Origin: Candidatus Methanoperedens sp. | GTDB taxonomy: Archaea > Halobacteriota > Methanosarcinia > Methanosarcinales > Methanoperedenaceae | DNA length: 32,000 bases | Assembly (NCBI GenBank): GCA_027460535.1 | Contig: JAPZAR010000015.1 | Coordinates: forward strand, 1 to 32,000 | Reading direction: 5' to 3' | Program-made: the position numbers and the translations under genes | Notes under the pieces: model-generated | What the model saw: the letters and a program-made list of their open reading frames with translations, nothing else | Databases searched by the model: none | Told to the model about the DNA's origin: nothing | Shown here: piece after piece, positions 25,500-32,000 of the stretch | Layout of the letters: each line of letters begins with the position of its first letter | Numbering within the stretch: position 1 is the first letter of the stretch

Positions 25500-25838
25500 A
25501 TGAAGAAAATCGAAGCAATAATCAGGGGCGAAAAACTCGAAGCTGTGAAACAGGCCCTGGATCTTAAGGGATTCGGGAGCATGACCGTTACGGAGGTCAA
25601 AGGCCGTGGTCAGCAAAAAGGTGTTAAGCAGATATGGCGCGGCAGGGAATACACGGTCGATTTCATACCGAAGGTGAAGCTTGAAATATTCACCTCGAGA
25701 GAGACCGCAGATGAAATCGTTAAGATAATCATAGAGAACGCTTTTTCAGGCAATATCGGGGACGGAAAGATATTTGTCCTTCCTGTCGAGAAAGCGGTCA
25801 GGATAAGAACAGGAGAGCTTGACAGGAAAGCTCTTTAA
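25500..25838 (+). CDS. glnK: PII nitrogen regulatory protein GlnK
   Basis: MKKIEAIIR..VTEVKGRGQQKG (T-loop)..GDGKIFV. ATG 25500 lies 1 nt after the amt stop. The track start at 25488 adds 4 aa. Confidence 0.92.
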   Translation: MKKIEAIIRGEKLEAVKQALDLKGFGSMTVTEVKGRGQQKGVKQIWRGREYTVDFIPKVKLEIFTSRETADEIVKIIIENAFSGNIGDGKIFVLPVEKAVRIRTGELDRKAL

Positions 25839-25854
25839 AACTCCTGAGAAATAA

Positions 25855-25926
25855 TGGACCCGGCGGGATTCGAACCCGCGGCCTTTGCGTTGCGAACGCA
25901 ACGATCTACCCCTGATCTACAGGCCC
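25855..25926 (-). tRNA. tRNA-Ala (anticodon CGC)
   Basis: Folded by hand, 72 nt: GGGCCTG-TA-GATC..GATC-G-TTGCG-TTCGCAA-CGCAA-AGGCC-GCGGG-TTCGAAT-CCCGC-CGGGTCC-A. It has the G3:U70 Ala identity pair. CCA is not encoded. Confidence 0.93.
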
Positions 25927-25962
25927 GAATAAAAAATATGTATGCAGGAAAATGAGTCTTTC

Positions 25963-26229
25963 CTACATCCTGCCCAGTTCAACGACAGATACGCTTTCCA
26001 CCCCTCTGACTTTACTGAAGGCCTCTTCGACTTTCTCGGTTCCACCCTCTATATCGCCGACTTTTACAACTGCTATAAGGGCTTTCAGGCCGAACGCTAC
26101 CGGTTCTTCAGAGAAGCCGTGCAAACGCGCACCTTCTGGAACTGCCTTCTTAAGCGCTTCTTTGAGCTTGTTCAGGTCAACTTCCATTCCTGTAGGCATT
26201 ACCTTTATCTTGGCCGCAACTTCACCCAT
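25963..26229 (-). CDS. ef1b: Translation elongation factor aEF-1 beta
   Basis: 88 aa. [20 protein letters not shown]...VESVSVVE.. is the typical archaeal EF-1beta sequence. Confidence 0.9.
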   Translation of the reverse strand: MGEVAAKIKVMPTGMEVDLNKLKEALKKAVPEGARLHGFSEEPVAFGLKALIAVVKVGDIEGGTEKVEEAFSKVRGVESVSVVELGRM

Positions 26230-26233
26230 TTAC

Positions 26234-26398
26234 TCACGGCCCCTCAAATCCACAGCCCGGGCATTTGTAAGGATTGCTCTGATGCCTGCAATGCACGCAT
26301 CTACCAAGTTCTTTTTTGCATTGCGGGCACGAGAACCGTGCATAACCTCGCTCAACAAGATTTACTCCGCATGAAACACATTTTTCTATTTCAGCCAT
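26234..26398 (-). CDS. Zn-ribbon protein (COG2888-type), conserved upstream neighbour of ef1b
   Basis: 54 aa starting at ATG 26398: MAEIEKCVSCG..FSCPQCK..CVHCRHQSNPYKCPGCG (four CxxC pairs). The rest of the 187-aa track ORF looks like a spurious 5' extension. Confidence 0.75.
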   Translation of the reverse strand: MAEIEKCVSCGVNLVERGYARFSCPQCKKELGRCVHCRHQSNPYKCPGCGFEGP

Positions 26399-26545
26399 AA
26401 TATCTCCTAATTTTGGACTCCCATAGAATCTAATGCTATTAAATTTATCCTTTAAGGATGCAAAAAAAATGAAAACTGCATGATAATTCCAAATCAATCG
26501 CAAGATATATAGACTTCTTAAAGAATATAACGACCAGGTGTAATA

Positions 26546-26959
26546 ATGAGTGATATTAAACTGGGATTTGTTGTTTCGGAGTTCAATCGTGACCTGACCA
26601 TTATGATGGAAGCGCTTGGTAAAGAACATGCAGGTTTTCTGGGCGCATCTGTCGAGAAGATCATATATGTGCCCGGGGTATTTGATATGCCTCTTGCGGT
26701 TAAGAAACTCGCCCAGGATGCGGATATCGACGCCGTGGTCACCATCGGATGTGTTATCCAGGGGGCGACGAAACATGACGAGATAGTGATACAGCATGCT
26801 TCAAGGAAGATAGCTGACCTTGCGCTCGAATACAATAAACCCATAACCCTCGGGATATCAGGTCCGGGTATGAGCAGGCTTGATGCGCATGAGCGGGTGG
26901 ACTACGCGAAACGCGCTGTGGAAGCTGCTGTAAAAATGGTCAGAAGATTGAAGGAATAA
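26546..26959 (+). CDS. ribH: 6,7-dimethyl-8-ribityllumazine synthase
   Basis: 137 aa. Nearly colinear with archaeal RibH as I remember it (GFVVSEFNRDLT..VPGVFDMPLAVKKL..DAVVTIGCVIQGATKHDEIV..ITLGISGPGM). Confidence 0.9.
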   Translation: MSDIKLGFVVSEFNRDLTIMMEALGKEHAGFLGASVEKIIYVPGVFDMPLAVKKLAQDADIDAVVTIGCVIQGATKHDEIVIQHASRKIADLALEYNKPITLGISGPGMSRLDAHERVDYAKRAVEAAVKMVRRLKE

Positions 26960-26991
26960 AAAAGAGAAATAATTCACTCAAAAAAGATCTT

Positions 26992-27102
26992 TTAACCATT
27001 TGAAGACTTATCGCGTATTTGCTTTAATTCTTTTTCGATTTGTTTCATATCGTAACTTTCTTTACGTTGTTCCACTATTTGCTGGATATCCGTTTCGTCC
27101 AT
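26992..27102 (-). CDS. Candidate small ORF D (36 aa)
   Basis: Found by hand translation: MDETDIQQIVEQRKESYDMKQIEKELKQIRDKSSNG. Charged and helix-like. No clear RBS. Below the track cut-off. Confidence 0.2.
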   Translation of the reverse strand: MDETDIQQIVEQRKESYDMKQIEKELKQIRDKSSNG

Positions 27103-27169
27103 ATTTGACCTGACTGTTTTTTATTGGTTTTTTCTATTATGTACTCGCATTGAAACAGAGCAAGCTAAT

Positions 27170-27346
27170 TTATCCATTCACAATTGCATCGACCATCTGG
27201 GCTTCCCAACGGAAGTTGTCCATATACCAATCGTAGAAGTCATATTCCTTATTCCTGAGCCTCCGTGCCTGCCTTTGCATATCTACATAATTTTGACAAT
27301 TTACCCAGAGCCTGCACGGGCATTTCCGTTCTTTACATCCTGGCAT
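27170..27346 (-). CDS. Candidate small ORF C (58 aa, Cys-rich N-terminus)
   Basis: Found by hand translation: MPGCKERKCPCRLWVNCQNYVDMQRQARRLRNKEYDFYDWYMDNFRWEAQMVDAIVNG. Same strand as ORFs A, B and D. Confidence 0.35.
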   Translation of the reverse strand: MPGCKERKCPCRLWVNCQNYVDMQRQARRLRNKEYDFYDWYMDNFRWEAQMVDAIVNG

Positions 27347-27380
27347 AATTCAAATTCTCATTGTGGTTATTATTTGGTTA

Positions 27381-27488
27381 TTATGACATTTTCCTTTTTT
27401 GATATTGATCTTTTTTAGTCAATGTAATGATCCGCTGGCAGACGGGGCGAATACATTCAGGACAGCGCTTGATCTTTTCTGTGTGCAT
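27381..27488 (-). CDS. Candidate small ORF B (35 aa, CxxC-x4-C)
   Basis: Found by hand translation: MHTEKIKRCPECIRPVCQRIITLTKKDQYQKRKMS. Its ATG lies 9 nt after the stop of ORF A. Confidence 0.3.
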   Translation of the reverse strand: MHTEKIKRCPECIRPVCQRIITLTKKDQYQKRKMS

Positions 27489-27496
27489 AAAAATAA

Positions 27497-27679
27497 TTAT
27501 GGTTTGACTATTCCGGCGTTCCCGCTCCCCTTTAAGATAGCCACATATTCGTCTATGAATATGTCACGCATGTTTTCAAGCAGGAATATGTTCCTTGTAC
27601 ACAGCATTACCTTGTTTGCCGTGAGCCGCTCTGGTGCGCACTTTTCCATCCAAAGTACTACCTCGTTTGATTCGGTCAT
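27497..27679 (-). CDS. Candidate small ORF A (60 aa)
   Basis: Track ORF with an ATG start and GAGGAG about 9 nt upstream. Its composition is protein-like, unlike the overlapping 136-aa plus-strand ORF. I recognise no family. Confidence 0.4.
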   Translation of the reverse strand: MTESNEVVLWMEKCAPERLTANKVMLCTRNIFLLENMRDIFIDEYVAILKGSGNAGIVKP

Positions 27680-27893
27680 TGTTTTCGTCTCCTCTCGTCC
27701 TGTTATCCTCCTTGCTTTTGCCCATCATTATAATTATAATCATTACATTATGATATATAAAGATTGCGATAGAAAAAAGAAGGAGGGGGCATTATATAAT
27801 ATATTTTAATTACAGTCCAGCCATTAGACCAGGTATGCGAACTCCTTTTCAGAATGACTTAAATATCAGGAAAGAGTCTGTGAGTTATACTTT

Positions 27894-29033
27894 ATGACTG
27901 CAAAACGCCTTCAGACCATAACGGAATCGGCGACCCTTAGGATATCAAACCTTGCCAGTGAACTAAAAATCCAGGGTAAAGATATAATAAGTTTCAGCCT
28001 TGGAGAGCCCGATTTTACTACTCCTGCCCATATAATCGAAGCAGCTAAGGCTTCCCTTGACAGGGGAGAGACGCATTATACCCCTTCGCCCGGGATACCA
28101 GAACTGCGCAGGGCCATCGCTGAAAAACTGAAAACCGAAAATAAAATCGAGGCCAAGAGCGGCAACATAATCGTTACTCCTGGAGCAAAGCAGGCAATTT
28201 TCGAGGTTATGCTTTCAGTACTGCAGGAAGGCGATGAGGCAATCCTCTTTGATCCGGCATGGGTATCATATGATCCCTGCGTGAAGCTCGCCGGGGCTAA
28301 GACGGTCTGGGCACCCACATCCACCGATAACGGTTTCCTACCAGTCGATGTAGCCGACTATGTCACAAAAAAGACAAAAGTCATTGTTATCAACAGTCCA
28401 TGCAATCCGACAGGCGGCGTTTACGGCAAGAAAAATCTAAAAGAGATCGCTGACCTTGCCATTGATAATAATATCCTTGTTCTTTCAGATGAGATCTACG
28501 AGAAGATCATCTACGACAAGGAACACATCAGCATTGGCTCAATGGATGGGATGCAGGAACTCACGATAACGGTCAATGGGTTCTCAAAAGCATACGCGAT
28601 GACCGGATGGCGGCTCGGGTATGTGAGCGCCCCAAAGCAAGTATATGAACAGATGCTTAAACTGCACTCGCATTCTGTTAGCCAGGCGACGTCTTTTGTC
28701 CAGTATGCAGGTCTGGCAGCCCTCCAGGGTGACCAGAAGTGTATTGCAGACATGGTGAGTGAATTCAGGGCACGAAGAGATCTCCTCGTCAGCGGTTTGA
28801 ATAAACTCGGCATCAAATGTGCAAGACCCGACGGGGCCTTTTACGCTTTTGCAGATGTGAGCGAATACGGGAGCGGAGAAGAGATAGCAGAATTGCTGCT
28901 TAACAAAGCCTTCATTGCAACCACTCCGGGTTCTGCGTTCGGAGAAGCCGGGAAAGATTTTATAAGGATATCGTATGCCACATCGCAGGGGCGAATAAAG
29001 GAAGCTTTCGCACGCATGGAAGCGGTATTATGA
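27894..29033 (+). CDS. aspC: Class I PLP-dependent aminotransferase (aspartate aminotransferase type)
   Basis: 379 aa. Contains LGEPDF, INSPCNPTG, SDEIY, FSKAYAMTGWRLGY (PLP lysine) and IRISYA. Confidence 0.9.
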   Translation: MTAKRLQTITESATLRISNLASELKIQGKDIISFSLGEPDFTTPAHIIEAAKASLDRGETHYTPSPGIPELRRAIAEKLKTENKIEAKSGNIIVTPGAKQAIFEVMLSVLQEGDEAILFDPAWVSYDPCVKLAGAKTVWAPTSTDNGFLPVDVADYVTKKTKVIVINSPCNPTGGVYGKKNLKEIADLAIDNNILVLSDEIYEKIIYDKEHISIGSMDGMQELTITVNGFSKAYAMTGWRLGYVSAPKQVYEQMLKLHSHSVSQATSFVQYAGLAALQGDQKCIADMVSEFRARRDLLVSGLNKLGIKCARPDGAFYAFADVSEYGSGEEIAELLLNKAFIATTPGSAFGEAGKDFIRISYATSQGRIKEAFARMEAVL

Positions 29034-29453
29034 TTTTCCATATCGCTCAAGAACTTTTCGAATGATTGCCCCGCTGCTGCACAGTTCACATTGCTCGAAT
29101 GACCTGACTCGTACTACTTTTGCATTAATACCATGAGTTCTTAATTGATCTTCAAGCTCTTTTTCCCTGAAAAATTGGTTTTTCCCAAGGGCAATGATAT
29201 CCGGTCTTATTTCGCGGAGGGGCTCGAACATATCCTTCTCGCTTCCAAGCATCGCCATATCTACCATTCTTAGTGACGCAACCATAGCCAGCCTCTGCTC
29301 TTCATGAATAATGGGCTTTGGTTTGTGTTTTATCATCGAATCCCGCGCCACTATAACATAAAGCTCATCGCCTAGCCCCCTTGCCTCAGAAAGATATAAA
29401 ATATGCCCGGGATGAAGAATATCAAAAGTGCCGGTTGCAAGGACTCGAACCAT
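29028..29453 (-). CDS. ribL: Archaeal FAD synthase RibL (CTP-dependent cytidylyltransferase family)
   Basis: VLATGTFDILHPGHILYL..DELYVIVARD..PIIHEEQRLAMV closely parallels M. jannaschii RibL as I remember it. I use ATG 29453; the track start at 29462 is TTG. Confidence 0.88.
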   Translation of the reverse strand: MVRVLATGTFDILHPGHILYLSEARGLGDELYVIVARDSMIKHKPKPIIHEEQRLAMVASLRMVDMAMLGSEKDMFEPLREIRPDIIALGKNQFFREKELEDQLRTHGINAKVVRVRSFEQCELCSSGAIIRKVLERYGKS

Positions 29454-29493
29454 CGACCTCAATATTATTTTTGATTGTTAAAAATGTTTGTAA

Positions 29494-30054
29494 TCAGACA
29501 TAAATTGTGCAGTCAATGTCCAGGTACATCACGCAAGCCTCTTTCTTTCCACCCCAGTTTTTTGATTGCTCGACATCTACGGTCACGCTGGGCAAATTCT
29601 TGACAGCGTTCACAAGATACCTGTTCATCTCAAGATTGCATGATGGGAGGCATATTATATGGCCGCTCACCTGCTTGCATTCCAGCAAGAGTTCGTAGAA
29701 AGGGTCTATGACCTGCCAGGCATAGTCTATCTCCCGTCCCATGAATTCACAGAACTCATCGTAATCGCTTTTCTGGAAGGCATCGCTTAATGCATCTTTT
29801 TCAAGTAACGCTGTGTAACACTGTATATACACGTCCTGGAATGATTTTGGCTTGAACGGGAGGTTGAACGCATCGCAGCAAACCACTTCAAGCCCCTGCT
29901 TCTTTGCCTGCCTGCAGAGGCCCATTTTGACATCTATACCTACGAAGAGCTTCCACTCCTTACCTTTGGTCTCGTACAATCTTGAGTGGTTTCCGCAACT
30001 GATTTCCAGGATTGAATCGGGTTTTGTCATCTTATTCCAGCTTTTATTTAACAT
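29494..30054 (-). CDS. Class I SAM-dependent methyltransferase-like protein, atypical
   Basis: Motif I-like ILEISCGN, then GIDV and CCDAFNLPF. The track start at 30105 is TTG. ATG 30054 lies about 24 nt downstream of a TATA-like TTATATAAAAA (minus strand), which suggests a leaderless mRNA. An alternative ATG is at 30030. Confidence 0.55.
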   Translation of the reverse strand: MLNKSWNKMTKPDSILEISCGNHSRLYETKGKEWKLFVGIDVKMGLCRQAKKQGLEVVCCDAFNLPFKPKSFQDVYIQCYTALLEKDALSDAFQKSDYDEFCEFMGREIDYAWQVIDPFYELLLECKQVSGHIICLPSCNLEMNRYLVNAVKNLPSVTVDVEQSKNWGGKKEACVMYLDIDCTIYV

Positions 30055-30150
30055 GCATAGGTTGTCAATTTTTATATAACTTTTTAAATAGCAGAACAAT
30101 TTCAAAAAACTTATAAATGAACCATGCGAATCTCACCCTGTGATCAAAAT

Positions 30151-30978
30151 ATGGTCGTAAAGATAGGTTTTATAAAACTTGGAAATTTAGGAACCTCACA
30201 GGTAATCGATCTGTTACTTGATGAGATAGCGGCGAGAGAGGGAATTGCTGTACGTGTATTCGGAACGGGGGCCAAGATGGGGAAGGATGAAGCAGCAGAA
30301 ACGGCATCCTTCAAGAACTGGGGGCCTGACTTCGTTGTTATGATAAGCCCCAACTCAAGCGCTCCAGGACCAACGGCGGCGCGAGATGTCTGGAAAGACA
30401 CACCTACGATAGTAATCTCTGATGGTCCGACCAAGAAAGAGGACAGGGAGAAACTGGAACAGGCTGGATTCGGTTACATAATACTGCCGGTTGATCCATT
30501 GATAGGGGCAAAGAGAGAATTCCTTGACCCTGTGGAGATGGTGGCGTTCAACAGCGATGCAGCAAAAATCCTGTCCGTTTGCGGCCCGATCAGGCTCGTC
30601 CAAACAGAGATAGACAAGGTCATCGACCAGGTAGCAGCAGGCACAAAGCCACTGTCACTGCCAAAGATCCTGGCAAAGCCTGAAAAATGCGTTGAGAGCG
30701 CCGGGTTCGCAAATCCATATGCAAAGGCCAAAGCCCTTGCAGCACTTCACATAGCCACAAAGGTCGCTGAGATCGATTTTCCTGCATGCTTCGTACTGAA
30801 AGAGGTAGACCAGATCGCGACCACGGCAGCCGCGGGACATGAGGCTCTTCGTGCCGCAGCCAGGCTTGCGGATGAGGCGCGTGAAATGGAGAAGGCGAAC
30901 GATTCGGTGCTCAGAAAACCCCATGCAAAGGACGGAAGGCTCCTTTCAAAGACAAAACTCCTGGATAAGCCCCAATAA
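30151..30978 (+). CDS. mtd: F420-dependent methylenetetrahydromethanopterin dehydrogenase
   Basis: MVVKIGFIKLGNLGTS is the canonical Mtd N-terminus, and the protein looks colinear with Mtd throughout. The track start at 30124 adds 9 non-conserved residues. Confidence 0.92.
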   Translation: MVVKIGFIKLGNLGTSQVIDLLLDEIAAREGIAVRVFGTGAKMGKDEAAETASFKNWGPDFVVMISPNSSAPGPTAARDVWKDTPTIVISDGPTKKEDREKLEQAGFGYIILPVDPLIGAKREFLDPVEMVAFNSDAAKILSVCGPIRLVQTEIDKVIDQVAAGTKPLSLPKILAKPEKCVESAGFANPYAKAKALAALHIATKVAEIDFPACFVLKEVDQIATTAAAGHEALRAAARLADEAREMEKANDSVLRKPHAKDGRLLSKTKLLDKPQ

Positions 30979-30988
30979 AATGATTTCA

Positions 30989-31021
30989 ATGGAAGTGGTT
31001 CCCACTTCCATACTAATTTTT
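30989..31021 (+). terminator. Hairpin plus T5 terminator after mtd
   Basis: Perfect 10-bp stem ATGGAAGTGG / CCACTTCCAT (30989-30998 and 31002-31011) with a 3-nt loop, followed by TTTTT at 31017-31021. Confidence 0.5.
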
Positions 31022-31045
31022 CAACAGTAGGATTTAATTGTTCTG

Positions 31046-31052
31046 AAAAAAA
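31046..31052 (-). terminator. Oligo-T (T7 on the minus strand) terminator after the aSUI1 gene
   Basis: The A7 run on the plus strand is T7 on the minus strand, 25 nt downstream of the SUI1 stop. Archaeal termination uses oligo-T tracts. Confidence 0.35.
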
Positions 31053-31076
31053 GATTGTAGGATATATATTAAAGTT

Positions 31077-31385
31077 TTACACCTTTATCTGTTCAGGTGA
31101 GAAGCCTTTCTGTATAAGCACGTTCTTCATCCTGTTCTTATGGTTCCCCTGAAGTTCGATAACATTATCTTTTATCGTTCCACCACATGCGAATTTAGAT
31201 TTCAGATACGTCGTTAACTCCTGCAAATTAATCTCACTGGGATTAAGACCTTCTATCACAGTAACTTCTTTTTTATATTTTCGCGTATCTACTTTGATGA
31301 CTATTCTCTGCTGTTCTTTTGCCACCTCTTCGCATATGCAAAGCTCTTTTGGCAATCCACAGACAGTACACATTTCTGAACTCAT
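31077..31385 (-). CDS. sui1: Translation initiation factor aSUI1 (eIF1 homologue)
   Basis: 102 aa starting at ATG 31385: [55 protein letters not shown]. The upstream part of the 169-aa track ORF looks spurious. Confidence 0.88.
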   Translation of the reverse strand: MSSEMCTVCGLPKELCICEEVAKEQQRIVIKVDTRKYKKEVTVIEGLNPSEINLQELTTYLKSKFACGGTIKDNVIELQGNHKNRMKNVLIQKGFSPEQIKV

Positions 31386-31441
31386 TTGTTGGATTAATAC
31401 CTCCATTCTTATATTACGTAAGAGTGTTATATAACTTCTTA

Positions 31442-31798
31442 ATGCTTCACGTATTAAAATATAATGGTTTGGAGATTGCGAAAAATGTAGAGTTGGCAAC
31501 AAGTTTATTAGACCAGATGCTGGGTTTGATGTTCCGAAAAAGCCTTCCACCGGAATTCGCCATGATATTTGTGATGAATAGACCAATGCCTGTCAATATT
31601 CACATGCTTTTCATGCGTTTCCCAATTGATGTTGTCTTTTTAAATGAAGAAAAGAAGATTACCGGACTCTTGCGGTTGAACCCCTGGACCGGTTATAAAG
31701 CAGTGAAGAACGTTAAATATGTTATCGAGATGAATGCAGGTGCGATCGAAAGATTCAGGCTTTCCATAGGTGGAAAAATAGACTTCGGGGATATTTGA
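31442..31798 (+). CDS. DUF192 (COG1430) family protein
   Basis: From ATG 31442: ..[43 protein letters not shown] fits the DUF192 pattern. The track ORF has a 41-aa 5' extension that overlaps sui1. Confidence 0.7.
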   Translation: MLHVLKYNGLEIAKNVELATSLLDQMLGLMFRKSLPPEFAMIFVMNRPMPVNIHMLFMRFPIDVVFLNEEKKITGLLRLNPWTGYKAVKNVKYVIEMNAGAIERFRLSIGGKIDFGDI

Positions 31799-31802
31799 AA
31801 AT

Positions 31803-32000
31803 ATGACGCTATCAGGGAAATTGATCGAAAATATCGTGGTGATCGAAAAAAACGGGATCGATGAATTATACAATACAAGTTTTTATGGGCGCCCCCGAGG
31901 GAATATTCTCGAACTCTCTCTGCCTGAGAGTGCATATCTTGCCCGCCTTGGAAAAATATCTGTGGAGTGTGAAGGGGAAAAACTCGATTTTAAACAGTTC
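31803..32000 (+). CDS. endA: tRNA-splicing endonuclease EndA, N-terminal part; runs off the window
   Basis: Found by hand translation: MTLSGKLIENIVVIEKNGIDELYNTSFYGRPRGNILELSLPESAYLARLGKISVE. This parallels the M. jannaschii EndA N-terminus (GLLDGDRVIVFDKNGISKL..GNFLSLSLVEALYL). Starts 4 nt after the DUF192 stop. Confidence 0.8.
   Translation, partial: MTLSGKLIENIVVIEKNGIDELYNTSFYGRPRGNILELSLPESAYLARLGKISVECEGEKLDFKQF

Noticed and set aside
25010-25600. 196-aa minus-strand ORF opposite amt and glnK
   Set aside because: It overlaps two strongly supported genes on the other strand.
25942-26400. 152-aa and 140-aa plus-strand ORFs opposite ef1b and the Zn-ribbon gene
   Set aside because: The minus-strand products match conserved archaeal translation proteins. 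The plus-strand frames are low-complexity shadows.
26400-26545. Looked for an FMN riboswitch upstream of ribH
   Set aside because: The 146-bp leader is AT-rich. It lacks the conserved GC-rich multi-stem junction sequences of the FMN (RFN) element.
26399-26797. N-terminal 133 aa of the 187-aa track ORF upstream of the Zn-ribbon protein
   Set aside because: The conserved Zn-ribbon protein starts at ATG 26398. The extension overlaps the ribH start region on the opposite strand and has no recognisable features. The same reasoning removed the 5' extensions of sui1 (31386-31586) and the DUF192 gene (31319-31441).
27399-27809. 136-aa plus-strand ORF (TTG start) across the small-ORF islet
   Set aside because: It has a non-ATG start and hydrophobic, Ser-rich junk-like composition, and it runs through the AT-rich promoter block. 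The minus-strand small ORFs look more protein-like, though they too are unproven.
1-32000. Scanned for CRISPR arrays, IS elements or transposases, integrases, toxin-antitoxin pairs, known defence genes, and in-frame TAG (pyrrolysine) or TGA (selenocysteine) interruptions
   Set aside because: I saw no regularly spaced direct repeats and no recombinase or transposase motifs. No pair of adjacent same-frame ORFs separated by a single stop would suggest recoding or a recent pseudogene.

Overview
Archaeal chromosomal window. The gene content fits a Methanosarcinales-type methanogen or methanotroph: F420-dependent Mtd, a DUF1608 S-layer-family surface protein, Orc1/Cdc6, aEF-1beta, aSUI1, RibL and EndA. 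I support about 40 protein genes, 2 tRNAs (Gly-GCC, Ala-CGC), a few terminators and three candidate operator palindromes. Most genes are housekeeping: CoaBC, malic enzyme, PolX, IleRS, Amt-GlnK, RibH/RibL, AspAT, SdhB/SdhC. I saw no CRISPR array, transposase, integrase or recognisable defence gene. Five parts remain unexplained. (1) An unrecognised 335-aa protein with 13 cysteines is tightly coupled to hypA and sits behind a perfect 16-bp palindrome. (2) An AT-rich 0.9-kb islet between ribH and aspC carries four tandem small ORFs absent from or barely present in the ORF track, two with Cys pairs. (3) A 51-aa twin-CX7C ORF lies divergent from amt-glnK. (4) An sdhB-sdhC pair has no sdhA or sdhD. 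(5) A lipoprotein has a cupredoxin-like sequence pattern but no copper ligands. All functional calls rest on my own motif and family recognition from the translated sequence; no database search was run.
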